DNA of 63,512 bases, counting the filler, from Octopus bimaculoides (Eukaryota): the NCBI RefSeq assembly GCF_001194135.2. It is 5 parts of 5 records of this genome, joined end to end, with 100 filler letters (N's around TTAATTAATTAA, not from the genome) between each part and the next. Parts side by side here need not be neighbours in the genome. Positions count along the whole stretch, not along the records: positions 1 to 16,981 come from NC_069000.1; positions 17,082 to 26,967 come from NC_068985.1; 3 more parts are not named here. One strand, written 5' to 3'. The number at the start of each line of letters is the position of its first letter. Position 1 is the stretch's first letter. A program made the translations under genes and the position numbers. Positions 11,544 through 22,700 of this stretch are shown one piece after another. Under the pieces are notes generated by a model that ran no database searches, was not told where the DNA came from, and saw nothing but the letters and a program-made list of their open reading frames with translations.

Positions 11544-12254
11544 TGTGAATGTCGAGGGCTAATTCCACTTCGTAAGTCATTGGCTTCCTTCATAAGCTAT
11601 CGGGATGATCCGACTGGCCGTACGCAGACGATTTCTCATGACTGACTGAATATTCAGCCTGTTTTAGCGGTCGTACTTGTCGNNNNNNNNNNNNNNNNNN
11701 NNNNNNNNNNNNNNNNNNNNNNNNNNNNNNNNNNNNNNNNNNNNNNNNNNNNNNNNNNNNNNNNNNNNNNNNNNNNNNNNNNNNNNNNNNNNNNNNNNNN
11801 NNNNNNNNNNNNNNNNNNNNNNNNNNNNNNNNNNNNNNNNNNNNNNNNNNNNNNNNNNNNNNNNNNNNNNNNNNNNNNNNNNNNNNNNNNNNNNNNNNNN
11901 NNNNNNNNNNNNNNNNNNNNNNNNNNNNNNNNNNNNNNNNNNNNNNNNNNNNNNNNNNNNNNNNNNNNNNNNNNNNNNNNNNNNNNNNNNNNNNNNNNNN
12001 NNNNNNNNNNNNNNNNNNNNNNNNNNNNNNNNNNNNNNNNNNNNNNNNNNNNNNNNNNNNNNNNNNNNNNNNNNNNNNNNNNNNNNNNNNNNNNNNNNNN
12101 NNNNNNNNNNNNNNNNNNNNNNNNNNNNNNNNNNNNNNNNNNNNNNNNNNNNNNNNNNNNNNNNNNNNNNNNNNNNNNNNNNNNNNNNNNNNNNNNNNNN
12201 NNNNNNNNNNNNNNNNNNNNNNNNNNNNNNNNNNNNNNNNNNNNNNNNNNNNNN

Positions 12255-12319
<65 letters not shown>

Positions 12320-12980
12320 AAGGCGGGATAGAAAGTAGGGAAGAGGTGGAGAGAACGAGAGAAACATTAAAAGGTCTGACGTCATATAAGTCAGCGTCGA
12401 ATCATCGGTGCCTCATAAGCGACGCCAAAACGACTGTATCGAAGCGTTTCATAAGCATTAGATATAGGTTCTTCCGCAGCAGCAAAATGCTTCTTTATTT
12501 TCTCACGATGTTGGGTCTTTTTTCTTTTGAAGAAGTCCGCTTGTCCCTATCAGCTCCTGTTTGGTTCTCATTCTCATAACTGAATTTATTGTTGATCGTG
12601 TTTACAATCGAAGCTATAAGTAAATACCCCATTCTACTTTTATCCCTCCAGTGGACTGAAGTAATTAGTAGATGAGATTGAGGTACTTGGGTGTTTCTCA
12701 AGGCTTCGTCAGAGATTTTAGAAAGTACATAAGGTTAAGTTATAAATATAAAAACACGCACATATACATACTTTTACATATATATACAAATACATAAATA
12801 CTTACACATACACTTAAATGTACATGCATAATATGTTATACATGTATGTATATTGTTTTAATTGTTCTTTTAGTAAATAAATAAATTGACATAATATAAT
12901 GTCTAAAAGTTGATCAATACCACCTATTGATTGATCCCTTCCCTTTCTTTTATTGCTCTCTCTCTCTCTCTCTCTCTCTT

Positions 12981-13041
<61 letters not shown>

Positions 13042-13079
13042 TAAAACGTAAAATTAAAACAAAACAAAGGATTCCGCGG

Positions 13080-13225
13080 TACACGTGTTTCAAGCTTTAT
13101 ACACAAACAGTCGTTGCATCATTATATGAGTATATAATTGATATACAGGATGGTTTAAAGCTATTGATTATATACTCATATAATGATGCAACGACTGTTT
13201 GTGTATAAAGCTTGAAACACGTGTA
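13080..13225. repeat. Perfect 59-bp inverted repeat with a 28-bp loop, abutting a gap
   Basis: 13080-13138 is the exact reverse complement of 13167-13225. Confidence 0.92.
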
Positions 13226-14285
13226 TANNNNNNNNNNNNNNNNNNNNNNNNNNNNNNNNNNNNNNNNNNNNNNNNNNNNNNNNNNNNNNNNNNNNNNNNN
13301 NNNNNNNNNNNNNNNNNNNNNNNNNNNNNNNNNNNNNNNNNNNNNNNNNNNNNNNNNNNNNNNNNNNNNNNNNNNNNNNNNNNNNNNNNNNNNNNNNNNN
13401 NNNNNNNNNNNNNNNNNNNNNNNNNNNNNNNNNNNNNNNNNNNNNNNNNNNNNNNNNNNNNNNNNNNNNNNNNNNNNNNNNNNNNNNNNNNNNNNNNNNN
13501 NNNNNNNNNNNNNNNNNNNNNNNNNNNNNNNNNNNNNNNNNNNNNNNNNNNNNNNNNNNNNNNNNNNNNNNNNNNNNNNNNNNNNNNNNNNNNNNNNNNN
13601 NNNNNNNNNNNNNNNNNNNNNNNNNNNNNNNNNNNNNNNNNNNNNNNNNNNNNNNNNNNNNNNNNNNNNNNNNNNNNNNNNNNNNNNNNNNNNNNNNNNN
13701 NNNNNNNNNNNNNNNNNNNNNNNNNNNNNNNNNNNNNNNNNNNNNNNNNNNNNNNNNNNNNNNNNNNNNNNNNNNNNNNNNNNNNNNNNNNNNNNNNNNN
13801 NNNNNNNNNNNNNNNNNNNNNNNNNNNNNNNNNNNNNNNNNNNNNNNNNNNNNNNNNNNNNNNNNNNNNNNNNNNNNNNNNNNNNNNNNNNNNNNNNNNN
13901 NNNNNNNNNNNNNNNNNNNNNNNNNNNNNNNNNNNNNNNNNNNNNNNNNNNNNNNNNNNNNNNNNNNNNNNNNNNNNNNNNNNNNNNNNNNNNNNNNNNN
14001 NNNNNNNNNNNNNNNNNNNNNNNNNNNNNNNNNNNNNNNNNNNNNNNNNNNNNNNNNNNNNNNNNNNNNNNNNNNNNNNNNNNNNNNNNNNNNNNNNNNN
14101 NNNNNNNNNNNNNNNNNNNNNNNNNNNNNNNNNNNNTATATATATATTTACAAATATATGTATGTGTACATACATGAACACGTATATATAAGTATATATG
14201 CACGTGTGAATATATTTGTATACGCATCTGTGTATGTGTGTAAATATATATATACATATATATATAACACTTTTTTGAATGCAGG

Positions 14286-14433
14286 GTTGTCGTTAGAACA
14301 ACAGAAATACTCTGTAAATTACCCTTACAAGGCGGAAAAACTTGCCAACAACCAGCCATAGGATTGTTGACAAGTTTTTTTTTCCGCCCCGTAAGGGTAA
14401 TTTACACAGTATTTCTGCTATTCTAACGGCAAC
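14286..14433. repeat. Imperfect palindromic element (MITE-like hairpin, ~70-bp arms, 7-nt loop)
   Basis: GTTGTCGTTAGAACAACAGAAATACTCTGTAAATTACCCTTAC..CTTGCCAACAACC versus GGATTGTTGACAAG..GTAAGGGTAATTTACACAGTATTTCTGCTATTCTAACGGCAAC. Confidence 0.85.
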
Positions 14434-14552
14434 TCCGAGTTCGAAGAAAATATCTTCTTATTTTTATCGTACAATACACATTTCGACGCTTCTAATATAA
14501 GGCAAATACTTGTTTGTTTACAGTTACACTCACACACACACGTATACATCGG

Positions 14553-14599
<47 letters not shown>

Positions 14600-14600
<1 letters not shown>

Positions 14601-14832
14601 GTCAGTAGTTCATACATCCGAAAAAGAAACATACTCGAAAGCATTAAAGCAGCAATATATTTTTGGGAAGCTGGTTATTATGGCCGATCAGAGAGTGGAC
14701 ATTGGTTTCACACCTATAAAGCGCTTAGCCGTATAGGCGTCACATCAGACCCAAATGGCCGTAGGCATATAATCTCCCACAACTGGAAGCCTAAGTGCTC
14801 TATAGGTGCGAAACCAATGGTCACTCTCTGAC

Positions 14833-14835
<3 letters not shown>
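14600..14835. repeat. Palindromic repeat copy 1, possibly Penelope-derived, with hammerhead-like motifs
   Basis: Arms 14683-14729 and 14790-14835 are inverted. The preceding sequence translates YIRKRNILESI, resembling the C-terminal motif of PLE GIY-YIG endonucleases. Homologous to 15091-15310. Confidence 0.55.
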
Positions 14836-14866
<31 letters not shown>

Positions 14867-15046
14867 GGTTATTCAATAAGATCTTTAATTTTTTCAGTTT
14901 TCATGTTTATTAATTTCAATTTTTTGTTTGTTTTATTGAGGGTTAAACTATTTTCTTAGTTGAGGGAGACAGCCAAAAGTACCGATATTTCTCGTAAAAC
15001 GGGAGGAGATAACCTAATTTTTTACTGGTTATTTTCCCTAAAACTA

Positions 15047-15090
<44 letters not shown>

Positions 15091-15092
<2 letters not shown>

Positions 15093-15310
15093 TTGGTAAG
15101 TCATAAATCCGAAAAAGTACACTCGAAGTTATAGAGCACTATAGTATGTAAAGTTAGATCAGGCCGCTCTATGGATTACCCTGGGTTTCACTTCCATAAA
15201 GCGCTTAGCTTTACAACGTATCAGACCCTAAACCTGTTGGTCTATACCCTCTCTAGCAACAGGTTTAAAGTCTGATGATACGCTGTAACACTTAGTGCTT
15301 CATGCTGAAA
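15091..15310. repeat. Palindromic repeat copy 2 (diverged homolog of 14600-14835)
   Basis: Shared CATAAATCCGAAAAAG..ACTCGAA, GGTTTCAC..ATAAAGCGCTTAGC and TCAGACCC blocks; long hairpin at 15184-15310. Confidence 0.55.
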
Positions 15311-15519
15311 GCAATTTCTCAACAATTATCAAGTTTTCCACATAGAATGTTGGTAATCGTCTTCATCTTGGATGAGAATACACGAAGCTACACGAGACTG
15401 TACGGGATTTGGGGATAAATAAATATATAGATCATGGGAGACAACGTATAAGAAAATCTTAAATTTTGTCTCCCTTGCATTAGTCCTGGAATCATTGCTA
15501 GAAGCTGCGGATTTGAATA

Positions 15520-16030
15520 AAAAGTTGCGTACCAGTGTTTGACATCAGCGGAATTTGAATTCAGAACGTTAAGCGAGAAGAAATGCCAGTACTTTTTGGT
15601 TGTCTCACCCCAGTAAAAAATTAGGTTATCTCCTCCCGTTTTACGAGAAATATCGGTACTTTTGGCTGTCTCCCTCAACTAAGAAAATAGTTTAATCCTC
15701 AATAAAACAAACAAAAAATTGAAATTAATAAACATGAAAGCTGAAAAAATTAAAGATCTTATTGAATCTGATAATATTTTTATAACAAATCCTACCATTC
15801 CTATTGAGGAGGTCAAAGGTCAACAATGTGTTGAAGTATTGAATCAAAAGGATCTAACTCTTTTAATCCAATCTCTTGTCGCCATTTTAACTCGATTTTT
15901 TAGTGAGGAGAAAACCCAATTTCTTAATGGCAATTTTTTAATGGGGGTGAGATAACCAAAAAGTACCGAAATGCCAATACCACCAAGCATGTTGCCCAGC
16001 GTGCTGACGATTCTGCCTGCTCACCTTTAC
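15520..16030 (-). mobile_element. Family A SINE interrupted by a 380-bp DNA element
   Basis: SINE sequence stops at GAAATGCC (15587) and resumes after the insertion (AATACCACCAAGCAT..CGTGCTGACGATTCTGCC). Confidence 0.75.
15588..15967. mobile_element. Non-autonomous DNA transposon (MITE) with 24-bp TIRs and 8-bp TSD, Merlin-like
   Basis: TIRs AGTACTTTTTGGTTGTCTCACCCC and (reverse complement) GGTACTTTTTGGTTATCTCACCCC; perfect TSD GAAATGCC at 15580-15587 and 15968-15975. A 5'-GG terminus with an 8-bp TSD fits Merlin; the superfamily is inferred. Confidence 0.8.
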
Positions 16031-16074
16031 AAAAAAAAAAAAAAGAAAAAAAGAAAAAAATTAATAATAATAAT

Positions 16075-16200
16075 CCTTTTCGCTATAGGTAAAGAACCTG
16101 AAATTTTTTAAGGGGCATGGGATAGTCAATTATATTAACCCTGGAAGGATGAAAAACAAAGTCGACCTCAGTAGAATTTAAAACTAGAAAGTAGTGTGTA
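16075..16200 (-). mobile_element. Family A SINE fragment
   Basis: GAAGGATGAAAAACAAAGTCGACCTCAGTAGAATTTAAAAC. Confidence 0.65.
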
Positions 16201-16276
16201 GGAAGAAATCGCATCTTCCGACGGTCTAGCGGTTCTGCGACATCGCTGCCTTCCAAAGTAAAGTTAATATAGTTAC

Positions 16277-16352
16277 CTGGATCAATTGTCCTTCCAGAAA
16301 AGAAACTTCTCAAGCTGAAATCATCATCAAAATGAATTCTTTTAATATTTGT
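16277..16352 (-). CDS. Candidate orphan internal exon (TNIKRIHFDDDFSLRSFFSGRTIDP)
   Basis: Strong acceptor GTCTTCCTTCTATTTCAG, donor CAG|GTAACT, only one open frame; no recognised homology. Confidence 0.3.
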
Positions 16353-16895
16353 CTGAAATAGAAGGAAGACGTGACGTGACAGAAGTAAACACACACACAA
16401 TATAATCAGAAGACAAGTAGTCTATTCAACAATTCGAAAATTCACAATTCTCACTTGATTTTTAATCGAATACTGAAGAAAGAATTGTATGAAAGCATGT
16501 GTGCGTGTGGTTAAGAAACTCGATTGCAACCATGTCGTCTCAGGTTCAATCCCCAAAAATACAAATAAAATATCAAAATGTGCTGGTGCGTGGTTTTTGG
16601 CCCATCTTCTCTACATATACATACACATCGTCCTATGTAGTCGTGGATATACTGTATATGAAAATATGACGCGATGGGCACAGTTGGTATGTAGCTTGAT
16701 CATAGATCTGCATAATCAGAAATGACCTGTGGTTAAGGTCAATAGCCTCTTCTCTGCTTCTACATTTTTCTCTCCTCCTCCTTTTCTTCTTCCTTCTCCT
16801 TTTCCACTTCCTCACCGTTCTCTTCCTCGTCTTCTTCCTTTCTACCTTCTCCTCCTTTCCTCCTGCACCTCCGCCTATTACTACTGCTGTTGCTG

Positions 16896-16940
<45 letters not shown>

Positions 16941-17025
16941 ACACCACCACCACCACCACCAACACCACCACCAACAACACCNNNNNNNNNNNNNNNNNNN
17001 NNNNNNNNNNNNNNNNNNNNNNNNN

Positions 17026-17037
17026 TTAATTAATTAA
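17026..17037. other. Artificial scaffold linker TTAATTAATTAA inside a 100-bp N-gap (also at 27012-27023, 49700-49711, 53685-53696)
   Basis: Identical 12-mer with stops in all six frames, each flanked by 44 N on both sides. Confidence 0.95.
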
Positions 17038-17610
17038 NNNNNNNNNNNNNNNNNNNNNNNNNNNNNNNNNNNNNNNNNNNNGATTCCAAAACTGCTACAG
17101 AGTGCCATGCACTGAAATTAATCAATCTACTTTTAAACGAAAACACGTGAGATAGTGCGAATGCCAGGAACTTACAAAAATATAAATACATTTGTTATTG
17201 TTTGATTATGAGTGAGAACACATCTGTGAGTCCTCACATTAGCCGGATTCTAAGTACTTCTTTAATAACTCTAGTTCTTTAACTATATCGCTATGCATGT
17301 CCTAGTATAATTGTAGTTATGTGTGCATATATACATGCTTACCTGTATCTGTATACACCTCTCTACCGATTTTATTTATGACATTATTAACATGTTAACT
17401 TCCATGCCCAAAGAGGATCAACAAGAAGATCCTCCTCTGACAAACACAACGGACTTTTTATAAAACTCTCGTCAACGCCACAACAATTGTGTTGAGGAAA
17501 TTTGTTCTGCTATTATGATGCTATGTCTTTAGAATGTACTCCTTTACACATTCATTAGTTTCAGACATTGGACGGCTGTCACCCAATGTGATAGTATATA
17601 AATATCTTAC

Positions 17611-17673
17611 TTGAATATCTTGGCTGTTTTATTTTTATGTTCATCTGCTGAAGGTGTCGCTAATTCAATATTG
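17611..17673 (-). CDS. Candidate orphan symmetric 63-nt exon (NIELATPSADEHKNKTAKIF)
   Basis: Acceptor CATATTTTTACCATCGTTTGCAG, donor AA|GTAAGA, single open frame (phase 2 to 2); no recognised homology. Confidence 0.25.
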
Positions 17674-17860
17674 CTGCAAACGATGGTAAAAATATGGATT
17701 ATTAAAAAATTCTACTTCATTATTCAGGTGTTATAATCATATATATATATATATATATATATAAGACAAAGTGTACGTGCGCATAGGGGTACGTACGCAT
17801 AGGGGGTCATGGCTCTGATTAATATGTAATCTTATCACACATGTAGCCAACTCAAATAAC

Positions 17861-17990
17861 AAGGCTCTGCTCGCCCCGAGACTGTATCAGAAGACAGTAC
17901 TCAAAGGGACCACGGAGTGGGTTTGAATACAGAACCTTTGATTTGGGAGCAAGCTTCTTCAGAAACATACCGTAATGTAATGTTTCGTCG
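17861..17990 (-). mobile_element. Degenerate family B SINE
   Basis: ACAAGGCTCTGCTCGCCCCGAGACTGTATCAGAAGACA..CAAAGGGACCACG..GGGTTTGAATACAGAACC matches antisense family B. Confidence 0.65.
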
Positions 17991-19100
17991 TGTAGCAGGA
18001 GGAGCAAATATTCCTCATTTCCTTCTATTTGCAAAAATGAAGTACGGGTTTGATTAAACACTGGTAAAACGTTGAGGAGAAATGAATGTACACGATAGAG
18101 CCTCTGCTTCAACATGTCCGACATGTAGATAAACACGGACAGCATTAAAAAAACATAATTTATGCATATATTAAACAATCAAATAATGTGTTCTTATATT
18201 CTTACAGAAAATACGAATCGTGTATTTTCAACTATAATTTCATCAATATATTTTATTTAACATGACTGCTTCTAAATGACAGAAAAACTTATTGGAATAC
18301 AGTTTAAAATTGACCGTAGCAATATTTTTTAAATATAGTTATGTTTCGTATAGAATGGAAATATATCGGATTAATTTATATCACTATATGAATAAGAGTA
18401 TAATGCAAGTGAGGTGAAAAAAACGTTCAAAATTGATCAATTATATTATTTATTAGTGTCGAAAAATTATATTCTCCAGCAGACAGTTGAGAGAAGAAAC
18501 TTATTTCCCATCTTCTTTTCTGATTTCTCTATTGGTTATTGCACACATAAGTACATATAATTAACTCATACTTTACTACCAACATTCCTGAAAGTAGTAA
18601 CATCTCTTTTAATCACTAACATAGTAATCACAGCGTACATTTCTGTAAAAGATATACTAAGAAAACTAGACAACTATTTCATTATGGACGTAAAAAGAAA
18701 ACCAACGAGTTGGTGAATGTATATTAGTCATATATCAGAATCTTCGAGATGTTCATGGATGACTGCTCATCTGTGAAAGTTGTGGTTACGAAATTACAAA
18801 TGAGAATGTTGTTCAGGAAGTCGATCTATTCTAGTTAATTTTAGATATTAGAAAATCGATTTCCTATCATGCACAATATGGTTCAATATTATACAACATA
18901 TCTTGTCACTAATATATATTGAAGGTTAAGCTATGAAAATATTTAAAATAACAGTCAGTAAATATAGCTCTTGGCTACAGGAATCTAGCTTCAATGGCAA
19001 CTTCAAAGTATATTTACGAATAGTATTAATAAGAGTGCAACAACCAACTCGAAAAAAAAAACAACGTCAATGCAACTATTAAGAAGAAGACTGTAAAGTT

Positions 19101-19151
<51 letters not shown>

Positions 19152-19240
19152 CACATGAATTTTGTGAGTAAAGAGGTTGAAAAAAATCCCCAGGTACTCC
19201 AAATTGAAAGTGGAAAGTGTATACATATTATGATTATATA

Positions 19241-19508
19241 GGCCCAGGAGTGGCTGTGTGGTAAGCTGCTTGCTTACTAACCAAATGGTTCCGGGTTAAT
19301 TCCCACTGTGTGGCACCTTAGGCAAGTGTCTTCTAATATAGCCTCGAGTCGACCACAGCCTTGTGAGTCAATTTGGTAGACGGAAGAAGAAAGCAGTCCG
19401 TCGTNNNNNNNNNNNNNNNNNNNNNNNNNNNNNNNNNNNNNNNNNNNNNNNNNNNNNNNNNNNNNNNNNNNNNNNNNNNNNNNNNNNNNNNNNNNNNNNN
19501 NNNNNNNN

Positions 19509-19539
<31 letters not shown>

Positions 19540-19761
19540 GTGTGTGTATATATTTGTGTTTGTGTTTGTCCCCCCAACATTGCTTGACAAACGATGCTTG
19601 TGTGTTTGCGTCCACGTAGCTTAGCGGTTCGGCTCAAGAGACCGATAGAATAAGTACTAGGCTTCCAAAGAATAAGTCCTGGGGTCGATTTGCTCGACTA
19701 AAAACGGTGCTCCAGCATGGTTGCAGTCAAATGACAAACAAGTAAAAGAGAGCAAAAGAGA
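19241..19761 (+). mobile_element. Full-length family B SINE with internal (TA)n/(TG)n tract
   Basis: GGCCCAGGAGTGGCTGTGTGG head, GGGTTAATTCCC B-box-like motif, CCTTAGGCAAGTGTC core, 3' half ending AAACAAGTAAAAGAG. Confidence 0.9.
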
Positions 19762-22700
19762 ATATGCATATTTTTTCTTGGAAATCAGACTTTTAACTAA
19801 TTTATGAGGTAATGGTTTTTAGCTTCAAAAAGAAAATATTTAGAACAAGGTTGATTGAAAGTTAGAAGCCATTGTGTAATATAATGATCTGATGTTGCTT
19901 ATTATCTGTTACAGAAGTAATTTATATACCGAGACTGATTTGACATTGAAATACACTATTCATGTCTTAATTATCTTATGTTGCAGTTTTTTAATATAAA
20001 ATTTAGAGATAATTAACGATGAGCAATGTACAATGAAATCAACAAAATGTACATATAGCACAGTTTTTCTTAAAACTCTCGGAAACATAAAAATGCATTC
20101 TCGTCGAGATATCCCCAGCTAAATAGTACCTTGATATAAACTATACTACAAATAATTTTTAAGTGATAAACATGGAAGAATGCACAGCCTGTCTTACATA
20201 TGAATAGTAGTGGGGGGGGGGGCAATAGAATGTTTAGGGAAATATCCTATGATAGTTCATTTGACAGAAATCATTATGATATAGCTATACTATCACAATA
20301 TTCATCTTAAATACGTCATTAAAAAGAAAAAAAAATGTTATGCTTCATTTCCGAAACATTGTTCTTTGTCATTATCTTCTTATTCTGAAACTACTGGAAA
20401 GCTTTAATTAAGACTATAACATATCATACACACATTATTAGATAAAACAAGCGATATTTCAATCCGTTCCCGAGGATATCTTTCATAATACCCGTGCATT
20501 TGTTCATGTGATAAAGAATGAAGTCCTTCCTCTGTCTTTTCCATGGCTCGCATCCGTTCCTTTACATGTGGAACGTCTATATCCGTCTTTGATGTATCTT
20601 ATCATATATGTATCACATTAGACGCCACCCCAACACCACCAGACAATAACATTTCAATCAATAAATATTAATTTTGAAAGTGCGTCATGAAAAGCAAATG
20701 AGAGTAAGAGATGAAATTTCGTTGGTACAGAGAACTAAATAAAACAAAAACTGAAAAATAAACGAACAAATATGGGAATGAATTACAAATCAGTACATCA
20801 GATGGAATAAATATAAAACTTTCACTTCGAATTTGATATTGCTAAAAAAGTATTAAAAAAGTAAAGAAGTGATAAATTACACATTTGGTAATATAATTTT
20901 ACAACATATATTTAAAATATAGATCCATAAGCAATGAAACTTTTTGCACAAATATCTGAATAAAAGTTATTATTAAAATCAGAGTTAAAATATGTCCGTT
21001 AAAATCATAGGTTGTGTTTATACAAAGCCGAATCGACAATATAAAACTATTGGTTCATAAATAGATTGCATTGACTTAAAACATTTCTATTTTAATCTCT
21101 TTCTAACTAAATACCTAATCTCTGCCACAGTCTGTCGGTCTGTCTCCTCCTCATTCTCTCACTGTATATATATAAATATATGTATTATATATATGAGTGT
21201 GTGTGTGGTGTGTGTGCTTCAGTGTATGTATATAGATGCATCCGTGGTGTATTTGTGATGTGATAGGTTATTTTATAACATTGTTCTCAGTAGGGTTATT
21301 AAAATATTTTGTTGCTAGGGGTATTTTTACAGAAAATAAAACCTCGATGTTACATAAAATATTTTTACTCCAAATAGAAGATTATAATAAAATTTGTATA
21401 TCCATAAACTTGCGCATCCATAAACTTCTGGAAGTGAAATAATCATTTATGAATTGTTTCTCATATTTGAATATCATACATTAGAGTTTCCTTTTTTTTT
21501 CTCATTATATTTCAATGGTTTTTATACCCGCTCTTCCATAGCAAAAGTCGTTTTGTAAACGTATATTTCGATAATATAATTTCCATAGAGACTCATAAAC
21601 ACATACAGAGTGTCTCACTCTCTATATATTTGACATACAACGTATGAATACTATCTCACTTTATATATATANNNNNNNNNNNNNNNNNNNNNNNNNNNNN
21701 NNNNNNNNNNNNNNNNNNNNNNNNNNNNNNNNNNNNNNNNNNNNNNNNNNNNNNNNNNNNNNNNNNNNNNNNNNNNNNNNNNNNNNNNNNNNNNNNNNNN
21801 NNNNNNNNNNNNNGTATATATACACACACGCGCGCGCACGCACACACACAAACAAGCGCGCACACACACACGCGCACACACACGCACACATACACATACA
21901 CACTCACACACACACACATACACACACACACACACACACACATATATCGGATGTTTCTCGACCAGTGTTTTTGGGGCAATTACAGAACAGATTTTTTTAA
22001 ACACTTATTCCTATCAATGTATGTTTTCTCATCCCATAGTCATATTTAGCGGCAATTATAGGTTTTCTTTTTGGTAACACATTCAACATATATATAGTAT
22101 TAAGCCAAACATTCTTTGTAGTGGTAAACAACTTCGCTTTCTGTTGCAGAATAGTGATCACTAGATTTTCTCTTTTGTTTCCGTTCTGGGGATATTACTA
22201 CGGCACAGACTCCTATATACTCTGGTGCCATATTCGGTTAATGTGTTCACTATTCACGAGATTAATCATATTTTTGTAAAAGTAAAAGTGTAATTAATAT
22301 GTTTAACTTTAAACAAACCCAATAAAGAATACCTGCATTATTTCAATGAAAGATGTCTTAATAATTCTATAACAACTACCAACTTTGTTTTTACTATAAT
22401 GAACTGCAGTTTACGTTTATGGATTTGTGAAGTTTAAAAGACAAACACAGAATTATTTAAAGTGCGCTATAATGGTATTTAAATTCAAAAACATGAGCGA
22501 TATTCAAGTAAATAATCCCATGCGAATACTGACCGTATGAAAAATGCCTATCAACATTAATACTGCTTCGAAAATGATTAATTGTTGAAATAGCATAGTG
22601 TAATTATTTCGCAATTCTTAACGCAATAACATCTTAAACCGGAAAAACAAAATTAATGAAAACATGGCTTCATGTAACATTCGAAAATAAAAGCAAGTAT

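Noticed and set aside
17026-17037. TTAATTAATTAA as a recurring biological motif
   Set aside because: Always centred in an exactly 100-bp N-gap, so it is an assembly linker.
20440-20600. Protein-like minus-strand stretch DTSKTDIDVPHVKERMRAMEKTEEG..
   Set aside because: No polypyrimidine acceptor, weak donor and no recognisable family.
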